The notes under the pieces were generated by a model. The model was not told where the DNA came from, searched no databases, and saw nothing but the letters and a program-made list of their open reading frames with translations. From contig JBFFSH010000010.1 of assembly GCA_041572575.1 (NCBI GenBank), positions 1 through 48,967 on the forward strand: DNA of 48,967 bases, given 5' to 3'. The translations under genes were made by a program, and so were the position numbers. This DNA comes from Thermodesulfobacteriota bacterium (GTDB lineage: Bacteria > Desulfobacterota_D > UBA1144 > Nemesobacterales > N074bin48). This document shows, one piece after another, positions 30,271 through 39,158 of the stretch (positions are counted from its first letter, which is position 1; every line of letters begins with the position of its first letter).

Positions 30271-30295
30271 TATATCAAATATAAATAACAAAGAA

Positions 30296-30324
30296 GGGGT
30301 GTATTGTATTTAGCAATACACCCT
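30296..30324 (+). terminator. Stem-loop after the OMP gene
   Basis: GGGTGTATTG-7 nt-CAATACACCC; no clear U-tract. Confidence 0.55.
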
Positions 30325-30385
30325 CCCCATTCCAAATTAAGCTTACTATTTGCAAAACCCAATACAAACAATTATTTTATTATCC

Positions 30386-30955
30386 ATGGCAACAGAGAAA
30401 ATCAGTAGCAAGGATAAAATATTAAAAGCAGCACTTACACTATTTACTAAAAAAGGCATTAAATCTACAACTACAAAAGAGCTTGCTAAAAAAGCAAAGG
30501 TTGCCGAAGGCACTATATATATTCATTTTAAAAGCAAAGAAGAGATTGCTCATTATTTATTTAAACATTATATGGGGGTTTTTACGCAACATCTGACTCA
30601 ATTTTCTGACGGCATAACCGATCCTGGAAATAAAATGAAAGCTCTTATAAATGCATTCTTCGCTTATGCGGAAAAAGAGCCAACAGCAATATATTACATA
30701 GTTATCGCGCACTACACAGAGCTCAATGTATTAAAAAAAGAAAAATTTACACTAAGGGATATCTTTGCAGATACAATTGAAAATGGTGTTAAGAAAAAAC
30801 AGTTTAGTAAGATAGATAAAAATCTTGGAGCAGCTCTTGTAGTCGGCATGATAAACATGGCTGTTCTTTCTTATAATAATGGCTTCATTGATCTGGATTA
30901 TAACAAAATAGCCTCAGATACAAATAAAGCCGCCCTAAAATTACTGTCCAGATAG
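30386..30955 (+). CDS. TetR/AcrR family regulator
   Basis: ILKAALTLFTKKG..STTTKELAKKAKVAEGTIYIHFKSKEE; ATG 30386 preferred over TTG 30350. Confidence 0.92.
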   Translation: MATEKISSKDKILKAALTLFTKKGIKSTTTKELAKKAKVAEGTIYIHFKSKEEIAHYLFKHYMGVFTQHLTQFSDGITDPGNKMKALINAFFAYAEKEPTAIYYIVIAHYTELNVLKKEKFTLRDIFADTIENGVKKKQFSKIDKNLGAALVVGMINMAVLSYNNGFIDLDYNKIASDTNKAALKLLSR

Positions 30956-31024
30956 ATGTTCCGTGTTATATAGATTTATAAATTGTTTAATTATTTGAAC
31001 TATAATAACTTTATATTTGCTATA

Positions 31025-31038
31025 GAGTGAGCGCTCAC
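31025..31038. promoter_or_regulatory. Palindrome, putative second TetR operator
   Basis: GAGTGAGCGCTCAC containing perfect GTGAGCGCTCAC. Confidence 0.6.
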
Positions 31039-31066
31039 ATTATTACAACTTCTACAAGTAATGATG

Positions 31067-31090
31067 TGTTTGATTGTAAGACACCGGACA
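31067..31090. promoter_or_regulatory. Putative UAS, TGT-N11-ACA-N4-ACA
   Basis: TGTTTGATTGTAAGACA-ccgg-ACA. Confidence 0.7.
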
Positions 31091-31129
31091 TTTTGAATGC
31101 AATTTATATAAGGATGTTTGTAGATTAGA

Positions 31130-31145
31130 TGGCACATATTTTGTA
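31130..31145 (+). promoter_or_regulatory. Sigma54 promoter (variant -12)
   Basis: TGGCACATATTTTGTA upstream of ORF 31182. Confidence 0.7.
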
Positions 31146-31181
31146 ATATTAATATCTAGATAATTCACTAAGGAGAATGAT

Positions 31182-31421
31182 ATGGCAGATAACGGACTTT
31201 ATTTTTTAGACGCAGTTTACAATTCGACTCGAGACGCATGGGAAATTGGAATTGCCTATATGGTAAATGATGAAGATGTTAGCGGCAGATATAAAAATAT
31301 AAAGATAACCGTGAACATACCGGGGCTTAGAAAAGACGAGCCTAAAGCAAAACAGCTTGCAGTACAAAAAACAAGGCAGTTTTTAATGGAAGCAGCCCAT
31401 GCCCCACTGGAAGATGAATAG
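31182..31421 (+). CDS. Small hypothetical protein, 79 aa
   Basis: AAGGAG RBS and its own sigma54 promoter; family not recognised. Confidence 0.75.
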   Translation: MADNGLYFLDAVYNSTRDAWEIGIAYMVNDEDVSGRYKNIKITVNIPGLRKDEPKAKQLAVQKTRQFLMEAAHAPLEDE

Positions 31422-31438
31422 AATTTGATGAATATAAC

Positions 31439-32320
31439 TTAAGGTTTTAGTGTAAGAACAGGGCAGGGCATATCATTAATTATTTTTTCAGTCACACTTC
31501 CCAAAAAGTATTTTTTGAGGCCCTTCCTTTCATGAGTATTCATCACAATAAGGTCTGGTCTTATTTTTTCACAGTGCCGCAAAATACCCATATAAGGGTT
31601 TAGAAATTCTGTTACGTGCGTGGAAATTTTTACATTTTTATTTTTATATTTTTTTGTAAGCTTATTTAGTTTGTTGTCAAAATATTTTTTCATATCATCC
31701 AGTATAATAATTGGCATTTCATATGAATAAGATATGAACTCCTGCACATACAAAACCGATACTTCAGCGCCAAGCGTTGATGCCAAGAACACGGCATAAT
31801 CAAGAGCTGACACCAGGTCTTCGGTTAAATTTATTGGTACAACAATTCTTTTAATATTAGATAACCTTTTCTTATAATTCATATTTACCACAAGTACAGG
31901 TATATCAGCAGATCTCACTATTTTGTTTGTACTGCTGCCAGAGAACATACCCTCATCCGAAGAAGCACCTTTGTGTCCCAGGACTATTAAGTCAATTTTA
32001 TTTTTATTAGAATAAGTCAGTACTTCCTCATCGGTCTTTCCACATGCAATGTAATGTTCAAATACTCTATTTTGCTTATTAAACTCTTTTTCGATTTTAA
32101 CAAAGAATTTGCCATATGTATCTCTTTCGCCTGCTATCATTTCTTCGAAGTTTAATTTCATGTTTAAAATATCAAATATCTTTTTGTTTAAATCTCTAAT
32201 TACATGAATCCCTATGGTCTTTGAATTAAATTTCTCTGAGATTTTTTTGGAATATTTCAATGCATTAACAGACTGTTTTGATCCGTCGGTTGCCCATAAT
32301 ATCTTTCTTAGTTTATACAT
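31439..32320 (-). CDS. Universal stress protein, tandem USP domains
   Basis: ILWATDGS, DLIVLGHKG, GSSTNKIV..PVLVV; second domain DLIVMNTH..LGSVTEKII...PCPVL. Confidence 0.93.
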   Translation of the reverse strand: MYKLRKILWATDGSKQSVNALKYSKKISEKFNSKTIGIHVIRDLNKKIFDILNMKLNFEEMIAGERDTYGKFFVKIEKEFNKQNRVFEHYIACGKTDEEVLTYSNKNKIDLIVLGHKGASSDEGMFSGSSTNKIVRSADIPVLVVNMNYKKRLSNIKRIVVPINLTEDLVSALDYAVFLASTLGAEVSVLYVQEFISYSYEMPIIILDDMKKYFDNKLNKLTKKYKNKNVKISTHVTEFLNPYMGILRHCEKIRPDLIVMNTHERKGLKKYFLGSVTEKIINDMPCPVLTLKP

Positions 32321-32379
32321 GTGTCCCCCGTTTAAACTATATTTACTAATGTGTGTTAATTGTTCTCAATTATAATAAT

Positions 32380-32395
32380 TGCAACATTTGTGCCA
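32380..32395 (-). promoter_or_regulatory. Sigma54 promoter of the USP gene
   Basis: Minus strand TGGCACAAATGTTGCA (consensus). Confidence 0.88.
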
Positions 32396-32424
32396 TTTGA
32401 AATCAAAATGTAAAACCGTAAATT

Positions 32425-33666
32425 TTAACCCGTAAACTTATTTACTAACTGGGCCATTAGCAGAAATAAACACAGCCCAAACCCAAGAACAGGAATAATA
32501 ATCGGAAGTCTAATATAAGATTGCTCCTCTTCTTTCTTGCGTGCTTTTATGATAAATAGAGATAGATTAATAAGCATAAATACGAGCAATATAATTAAAC
32601 TCGATGCCTTTGCAAGTGTAACAATCGGGAACCATAATGCAAGAACAAGCACGACTATTCCAACAAAAACAGTGGCGTAATCGGGGGTTTTCGTATGTTT
32701 ATTTATATGACCAAAAATTTTTAGTGATATTTTTTGCGAAGCCATTCCATAAAGCACTCTTGAACCCATGATTATCTGTATTAAAGCACCATTTACTATA
32801 GCCATGATACTAATAACAGTAATAATAGAAACGGGAAAATTGCTGTTTAATTCTATAAGAGTTGTAAAAGGTGAACGAGTATTACTTAAAATATTAATAG
32901 GCAGGGAAGTTACCGTAATGAGTGATACAATGATATATAATACCGTAGTAACAACTAAGGCAATTATTATTGCTATAGGCAGGTTTTTTCTTGGATTTTT
33001 TACCTCTTCTGCCATATTTACAATATCCTCGAATCCAACATAGGCATAGAATGCTATGAAAGCCCCAACAAAGATGTTGCCCCATGTTTTTATATCAGAC
33101 GAGGGTATAAAATCGGTAACATTAGTTTTTATAGCACTCAGGTTGTTGCCGCAGAAATAAATGACAAGAACTATTCCTATGATTTCTACAACAGTCATTA
33201 CAGCCGCAGCTTTCAATGATAGGCTTACTCCCCATATAGAGATTAAGCATAGAACGAATACCAACATACTAATACAAAGCCAGTCCGGCACATTAAATAA
33301 AACCTGGAAATAACCCACAAATCCTTTTGCAATAGTTGCTGAAGAAACAATTCCTATTATCACTATTGCCCAGCCTACAACAGAAGACAGCCATTTTGCA
33401 CGAAATGCTTGCTGTACATATGCTGCTTCTCCGGCACTTCGGGGATACCTGCTGGAAAGCTCTGAATATGAAAAAGCGCTAAAACTCACAATAACTGCAG
33501 ATATCAGAAATGAAAACGGGGTAAAATTGCCACTTTGTGATGAAATTTCTGCAATTAGCACATAAATGCCTGCCCCCAGGATAGTGCCAATACCATAAAA
33601 TGTGATTAACCAAAGTGGTATATTCCGGTTTAATTTAATTACACCATTACTATCGTTTTCTTTCAT
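32425..33666 (-). CDS. APC family amino-acid permease
   Basis: GIGTILGAGIY, YSELSSRYPRSAGE, FYAYVGFED...AEE. Confidence 0.9.
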   Translation of the reverse strand: MKENDSNGVIKLNRNIPLWLITFYGIGTILGAGIYVLIAEISSQSGNFTPFSFLISAVIVSFSAFSYSELSSRYPRSAGEAAYVQQAFRAKWLSSVVGWAIVIIGIVSSATIAKGFVGYFQVLFNVPDWLCISMLVFVLCLISIWGVSLSLKAAAVMTVVEIIGIVLVIYFCGNNLSAIKTNVTDFIPSSDIKTWGNIFVGAFIAFYAYVGFEDIVNMAEEVKNPRKNLPIAIIIALVVTTVLYIIVSLITVTSLPINILSNTRSPFTTLIELNSNFPVSIITVISIMAIVNGALIQIIMGSRVLYGMASQKISLKIFGHINKHTKTPDYATVFVGIVVLVLALWFPIVTLAKASSLIILLVFMLINLSLFIIKARKKEEEQSYIRLPIIIPVLGFGLCLFLLMAQLVNKFTG

Positions 33667-33708
33667 CAGCCGCTATATAAAATAGATTTATGGAGAGAAA
33701 TATATCTA

Positions 33709-34278
33709 TTAGTTTTTTGGCTCAACGGGTTCTGGCACTTTATTATTGACGGGTCTCAAAGACATTAGATAACTGTATATTGCCCCAAGATCATCATCAC
33801 TTAGTTTGGATATGTCCCTCCACGGCATTGCAGGAACAAGCTCTCTAGCAAGACTTGTTGTATGTATTCCAAGTCTTATGGTACTTATAAAATTCTGCTT
33901 CGACCAGTTTCCTATCCCGGTTTCCTTATGAGGTGTTAAGTTTGCTGCAAATCTTATTCCCCACGGCCCTGCCCAGGCGGTAAGACTTTTAGAATAAATA
34001 CCTGCCCAAAGTTTATCCCCTATGAGTCCCTCAGGAATATTGGGTAAATTTTCATCACTTTGTGAATGTCCTGAGAGCAACCTGTTCGGGTCGGGTATAA
34101 GACCAACCGTTGTTTCAATTTTTGGAGTATGACAGGAAATACAACCATATTCGCTTACAAGATGCTTAGCCTTTTCGATATCACTTGTTGTTTTGTCCAC
34201 ATCTTGAGAAGTTAGCCCGGTTGAACATGAAAGCAATATCGGGATAGATATTATTAAGATGTAAAATATTTTAATCAT
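33709..34278 (-). CDS. Lipoprotein cytochrome c (single CxxCH)
   Basis: LLSC lipobox, GCISCHTP, GPWG..FAANLTP..TGIGNWS, PAMPW. Confidence 0.8.
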   Translation of the reverse strand: MIKIFYILIISIPILLSCSTGLTSQDVDKTTSDIEKAKHLVSEYGCISCHTPKIETTVGLIPDPNRLLSGHSQSDENLPNIPEGLIGDKLWAGIYSKSLTAWAGPWGIRFAANLTPHKETGIGNWSKQNFISTIRLGIHTTSLARELVPAMPWRDISKLSDDDLGAIYSYLMSLRPVNNKVPEPVEPKN

Positions 34279-34288
34279 ATATTTACCA

Positions 34289-35149
34289 TTATAATTGTAA
34301 TGCTATCACAGGGCAAGGAGAATGTTCTACAACCTTTTCTGCAACGCTTCCAAGATATTCACTTCTTATCTTATCTCCACCATAACTCATCATAACTACC
34401 AAATCTATATTTTCTTCAACAATGAAATCTTTAATCCCCACCCATGAATTCTGAGCAACTCTCACTCTTGGCTCCACTCCACTCATGTTTTTAGACTTAA
34501 GTAAATATTCCGATAATGCAGTATAAGAATTGCCCTTTAGAGTCTCTATTACCTCTGCAGGATAATTATTGTCGCCTTTTTCAACTATATTTAACAGATA
34601 AACCTTTGAGTTATATTTCTCGGATATTTCACTGGCATATCTTAAATCCTTCTTTGCTATATTATATATATCAGTTGGTACAAGAACTTTTTTGAAAGTG
34701 CTTTTTTTAAAATCTGTATTGTGTACAAAGATACTCACATTACTGTCTCTTAATATTTTTTTTGCAGTACCTCCCAATATAGATTGACCCCCAAACCTGC
34801 CTTTTCCCATGACTACCAGGTTATAATTATTCTTCTTTATTTCTTTTAATATCTCTTTATGAGGAACTCCGTAATTAATCTCATAACTAAATTTTATTCC
34901 CTGGTTACTGAGTTGTTCTTTTTTCTTCTCCAGCTTTTTTATATTTTTTTTCTTTAAATTATCTTCAACCCAGTGGTCAAACAAGTTCCTTTCCGATACT
35001 GAAAACGATTTTGTAAACTCAGTATGTTCCGGAAGTATATTCACAGCTCTTATTTCCGAACCAAATTTCCTGGCAATATTAGCAGAAACCTTTAGTACCT
35101 GTTCACTTTCGTGTGTTCCATCATAACCGAGCAATATCTTGCTGAACAT
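34289..35149 (-). CDS. Universal stress protein, tandem USP domains
   Basis: ILLGYDG, LVVMGKG, LGGTAKKI; VLVPTD, LGSVAEKVVEHSPCPV. Confidence 0.93.
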   Translation of the reverse strand: MFSKILLGYDGTHESEQVLKVSANIARKFGSEIRAVNILPEHTEFTKSFSVSERNLFDHWVEDNLKKKNIKKLEKKKEQLSNQGIKFSYEINYGVPHKEILKEIKKNNYNLVVMGKGRFGGQSILGGTAKKILRDSNVSIFVHNTDFKKSTFKKVLVPTDIYNIAKKDLRYASEISEKYNSKVYLLNIVEKGDNNYPAEVIETLKGNSYTALSEYLLKSKNMSGVEPRVRVAQNSWVGIKDFIVEENIDLVVMMSYGGDKIRSEYLGSVAEKVVEHSPCPVIALQL

Positions 35150-35196
35150 ATAATCTCCTATAAACTTGGTACTGTTTGATAACTATTTTACATTTA

Positions 35197-35225
35197 TAGA
35201 GGGAAGAAATCGATCCCCCCCTCTA
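35197..35225 (-). terminator. Stem-loop downstream of hsp20
   Basis: Minus strand TAGAGGGGGGGA-tcgat-TTCTTCCCTCTA with G-U pairs. Confidence 0.55.
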
Positions 35226-35246
35226 AACTGAATCCATGAAAAGCAA

Positions 35247-35699
35247 CTATTTAAGACTAATTTTTACTTCCTTTGGCTTTGAATCATCTGCTTTTGGCAT
35301 ATGAACCTCCAGCAAGCCATTATCAAATTTTGCTTCTACCTTATTTGTTTTTATCTTTGATGGGAGATGAAGCATCCTGGAAAAACTTCCAAAAGATCTT
35401 TCGGAATAATAGTAATCATCTTCCTTGACTTCTTCTTCTTTTTTCATTTCCCCTTTTATTGTTATACTGTCTTCAGTAGTAGTAACATGTACATCTTCTT
35501 TTTTCATACCTGGCATCTCCGCCTTTACCACTATCTCGTCCTTATTGTCATACATATCAACTACAGGCGAAAACTCTTCTATGGACTTAATTTTTCTCAA
35601 TGCCGGCATTCTCATCCAGCCCTGCGGAAAATATGGCTCTTCAAAAAACTCATCAAACCATTTTTCCATATTTTTTGGTTTCCATCTTGTTAGTGCCAT
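35247..35699 (-). CDS. Hsp20 / alpha-crystallin small heat-shock protein
   Basis: PVVDMYD..VVKAEMPG, SERSFGSFSR, AKFDNGLLEVHMPK; start MALTRW. Confidence 0.95.
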   Translation of the reverse strand: MALTRWKPKNMEKWFDEFFEEPYFPQGWMRMPALRKIKSIEEFSPVVDMYDNKDEIVVKAEMPGMKKEDVHVTTTEDSITIKGEMKKEEEVKEDDYYYSERSFGSFSRMLHLPSKIKTNKVEAKFDNGLLEVHMPKADDSKPKEVKISLK

Positions 35700-35741
35700 G
35701 ATTTGCACCCCCTAAACTTTATTTTCTATAACCATATTAAG

Positions 35742-35757
35742 TGCAACTTTAATGCCA
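35742..35757 (-). promoter_or_regulatory. Sigma54 promoter of hsp20
   Basis: Minus strand TGGCATTAAAGTTGCA. Confidence 0.85.
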
Positions 35758-35828
35758 ACATTGTTATTTTAAAATTGCTGATTAACTTAGCAAAAAACGT
35801 TATTTAAATAATTAATTTCCTTTTGAAA

Positions 35829-35852
35829 TGTAAGTTGTTTGGAAATAAGACA
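35829..35852. promoter_or_regulatory. Putative UAS in reverse orientation, between divergent sigma54 promoters
   Basis: Minus strand TGTCTTATTTCCAAACA-actt-ACA. Confidence 0.7.
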
Positions 35853-35916
35853 GTAAATCCCCCAAGTGATTAGAGCAAATATATAAATTCTATTTCAAAA
35901 CGCTAAAGATTAAACA

Positions 35917-35932
35917 TGGTACATCTTTTGCA
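35917..35932 (+). promoter_or_regulatory. Sigma54 promoter of the GNAT gene
   Basis: TGGTACATCTTTTGCA. Confidence 0.75.
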
Positions 35933-35945
35933 TTTACTATTATTG

Positions 35946-36530
35946 ATGAAACAGTATCCTAGAACTTATACAACCAGACAAAATGTAAAACTCACTGTCA
36001 GACCAAGAACTGAAGATGACTCTGAATATTTAAGTTTATTTTTTTTAGATATACCAAAAGAAGATCTTATTATTTACAGAGAAGATGTTTATAAATCACA
36101 TTCAATTGAAACTTGGTTTCTTGATGAAAGCTATAAAAAAGATGTGCAGCTCTTAGCATTATCGGATAATGAGATCATTGCAGAAGGTACAATTCATAAA
36201 GAAGGAATATACTGGCAAAATGCTGCCGAGATAAAACTCATTGTCAAACCTGACTACAGAAACCAGGGAATAGGTTCGTATATGTTCAATTCACTGCTAC
36301 ATGAATTTTTAGAAAGAAAACTTCAAAAAGTAATAGTAAGATATACCCCGGACAATATGAGTTTTATAAAAATCATTAATCGTTATGGATTCAAACCAGA
36401 AACTGTACTCAAATCATACGTAAAGATAGATAAAGACGATAAAGAGCAGGATCTTATAATAGCCTCTTATAATCTAGTAGACTGGATCAGAAAGTTTGAG
36501 TTTTACAACCTCATTACTCCAAGACGGTAG
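35946..36530 (+). CDS. GNAT family N-acetyltransferase
   Basis: VKPDYRNQGIGS acetyl-CoA motif, YGFKPE; ATG 35946 preferred because 35916 overlaps the promoter. Confidence 0.85.
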   Translation: MKQYPRTYTTRQNVKLTVRPRTEDDSEYLSLFFLDIPKEDLIIYREDVYKSHSIETWFLDESYKKDVQLLALSDNEIIAEGTIHKEGIYWQNAAEIKLIVKPDYRNQGIGSYMFNSLLHEFLERKLQKVIVRYTPDNMSFIKIINRYGFKPETVLKSYVKIDKDDKEQDLIIASYNLVDWIRKFEFYNLITPRR

Positions 36531-36731
36531 TGTCTTATTATAGTTAACCTGCCCGCATAGTTTTTACTATTTTAAACATCCAGAGCAATTCATATGTATC
36601 TATTCCCAGGCATTTATAAACTAAAGGTAAAATTGTTTGTATCCTATTTAATTAACAATTGATTTAATCTCATTATAATATCTATTCTATGCTAAAGATT
36701 ATTTCTACAAGAGCTACCGACAGAGCAGGTA

Positions 36732-39158
36732 ATGGCTAAAAAATCCTCACAAACACATAACATCTCAATATTAAACAATAAATTAAAGCGTGAGATCGAA
36801 AAACGCACTCGTGCTGAAAATGCATTAAAGCACACATTGTCTCTGATAAAGAAAAAAACCTCGATTAAAAAAATAATAAATACTGTCTTACAAAGCGTTC
36901 ACAAATCGGTAGATCCTCAAACAGTTATGAAAAATGCTGTAAGCAGTATGAGCAGGAATATAGAGAACGCAGATAATGTCTCTATATATATGGTTGAAGC
37001 AAAAGAGGCAGTATTAAAAGCTAATAGAGGTTATCCGAAGAGTTTTATCAAAAAAGTATCCGTAATTCCGTATCCTAAAGGCTTTACCTGGGAAACTTTA
37101 AGAACAGGAAAGCTCATATACTGTGATGATACCGAAAAAGATAAATTTATGGGTCCTGCGGGCATTGAGATCGGAACCAAAAGCTATGCATCCATGCCTA
37201 TTAAATTAGGCAGAAAAACTATTGGCGTTATAAACATCAATTCACTTAAAAAAGAGGCCTTTGGAAAAGAAGACCTGAATATGCTAAAACTGGTTGCTGA
37301 GCAGATACAGACAGCTTTAAACAATGCCAGGCATGCAGAGCAACTGCAAAAAGAAAAAGATACAGCCCAGGGATATCTGGATATATCCGAAGTAATAATA
37401 CTGGTTTTAAACGATAAAGGAAAAGTTGAGCTTATAAATAAAAAAGGCTGTAAAATCCTCGGATTTAAACATGATGAAATAATAGGCAGGAACTGGTTTG
37501 ATAATTTCCTGCCCCAATCAATCAAATCAGAAGTTAAAAGCGTTTATAAAAAAGTTTTACAGGGAAAGCTCAAAACAGCAAAATATTATGAAAATATTGT
37601 TGTAACAAAGTCTGGCAGGGAAAGAATAATTACATGGCATAACACCAGACTTCTAAAAGATGGAAAAGCTATTGGAACTCTTAGCTCCGGAGTTGATATC
37701 ACCGATTTAAGATTAGCCGAGCAGCGATTCGAACAGGTGGTAGAATCATCCCCTAATGGATTTGTAATGGTAAATCCTAAAGGCAGGATAGTGCTTGTTA
37801 ATCGTGAGACTGAAAAGCTCTTTGGTTATCACCGCAGTGAATTAATGGGACAGACAGTAGAAATTTTGATCCCCGGTCAAGTGCGGGCAAGTCACATGGA
37901 TTATCGTAAAAACTTTTTCTTAAATCCTTCAAACAGGGCTATGGGAGAAGGACGAGACCTTTTTGCCGTTCGTAAAGATGGGACCCGGTTTCCAGTTGAA
38001 ATTGGTTTAAGTACTCTGCAAACCGAAAGCGGTGTTGCGGTTTTGAGCTCTGTAGTTGATATAACAGAACGAAAAAACGCTGAAAAACTAGTTAAGGATA
38101 ATGAGCAGAAGTTAAAGGCTATTTTAGACAGTACTACCGATGCAATACTGGTTTATGATAAAAACGGAAGTATAATGATAATTAATAACCAGGCGAAAAA
38201 AATGTTTTCTGAAAATGAAAAAATCCTGGAGAACATATCACAAATCATTCCTGCAAGTCATAGATCGATTCATAATTTCCAGCTCTCTGAAGCCGAAAAT
38301 GGAACCAACCTCTTTGATTATGAGACAGAAAGAGTTCTATCAAATGGGAAAAACATTCATGCAAGTATCGCCCTTTCATATATTCCTGCACAAGGCGGAA
38401 TGTATGTTGCAAGTATTAGAGACATTAGTGAACGTGTTATAATGAGACATAAAATTATAGACTTTGAAAAAGCACAAATCATTGCAAGCATGGCCGAAGG
38501 CATTGCGCACCATATGGGAACACCCCTGGCGTCTATGCTGTTAAGGGTACAAATGTTAAAAGAAGATATAGAACAATTTGACAACAATGATTACTTTTCT
38601 CAAAAGCTGGAATCTATAGAAAAACAGATCCATTACGGTCAAAAGGTTATGCAAAGACTCCTTAGATTTGCAAGCAAACCAACAAGTGAGAGGGTCCCTT
38701 CTAACATTAAGAATATAGCTAGTGATGCTGTAGAAATATTAAAGCCCCTGCTGAACAAAAAAAGAATTAAATTAGTTATAGATATCAATAAGGATTACAT
38801 GATACTTGCTGATGGTAATATGATTCAGCTAGTATTTTCTGACCTTATCATCAATTCGATCCATGCTATTGAGAATGAAGGCACTATTAAAGTGACTGCA
38901 TCTAATGATGAATCAAACGATAATTTGACTATTAAAATTTCAGATACCGGAAGTGGAATTCCTGAAGAGGTCATACCCTATGTGTTTGAGCCATTTTTTA
39001 CTACCAAAACCACTGAGCAGGGGACGGGTCTTGGTCTTGCAGTAGCTAAGAGAATAGTACATGAACACGATGGAGAAATTATGATTGAAAGCAAAAAAAA
39101 TATAGGCACGGATATTATTATCAATCTGGCGCTTTATAAAGGAGATACTAAATCTTGA
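36732..39158 (+). CDS. Cytoplasmic sensor histidine kinase GAF-PAS-PAS(heme)-PAS-HisKA-HATPase
   Basis: No TM; GAF (IGVININS..F...DL.ML), three PAS/PAC, H-box GIAHHMGTPL, DTGSGI, FEPFFTTK, GTGLGL. Confidence 0.93.
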   Translation: MAKKSSQTHNISILNNKLKREIEKRTRAENALKHTLSLIKKKTSIKKIINTVLQSVHKSVDPQTVMKNAVSSMSRNIENADNVSIYMVEAKEAVLKANRGYPKSFIKKVSVIPYPKGFTWETLRTGKLIYCDDTEKDKFMGPAGIEIGTKSYASMPIKLGRKTIGVININSLKKEAFGKEDLNMLKLVAEQIQTALNNARHAEQLQKEKDTAQGYLDISEVIILVLNDKGKVELINKKGCKILGFKHDEIIGRNWFDNFLPQSIKSEVKSVYKKVLQGKLKTAKYYENIVVTKSGRERIITWHNTRLLKDGKAIGTLSSGVDITDLRLAEQRFEQVVESSPNGFVMVNPKGRIVLVNRETEKLFGYHRSELMGQTVEILIPGQVRASHMDYRKNFFLNPSNRAMGEGRDLFAVRKDGTRFPVEIGLSTLQTESGVAVLSSVVDITERKNAEKLVKDNEQKLKAILDSTTDAILVYDKNGSIMIINNQAKKMFSENEKILENISQIIPASHRSIHNFQLSEAENGTNLFDYETERVLSNGKNIHASIALSYIPAQGGMYVASIRDISERVIMRHKIIDFEKAQIIASMAEGIAHHMGTPLASMLLRVQMLKEDIEQFDNNDYFSQKLESIEKQIHYGQKVMQRLLRFASKPTSERVPSNIKNIASDAVEILKPLLNKKRIKLVIDINKDYMILADGNMIQLVFSDLIINSIHAIENEGTIKVTASNDESNDNLTIKISDTGSGIPEEVIPYVFEPFFTTKTTEQGTGLGLAVAKRIVHEHDGEIMIESKKNIGTDIIINLALYKGDTKS

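Noticed and set aside
32396..32520. UAS for the 32380 sigma54 promoter
   Set aside because: No TGT-N11-ACA copy found upstream by eye, so this promoter's link to the regulon is less supported.
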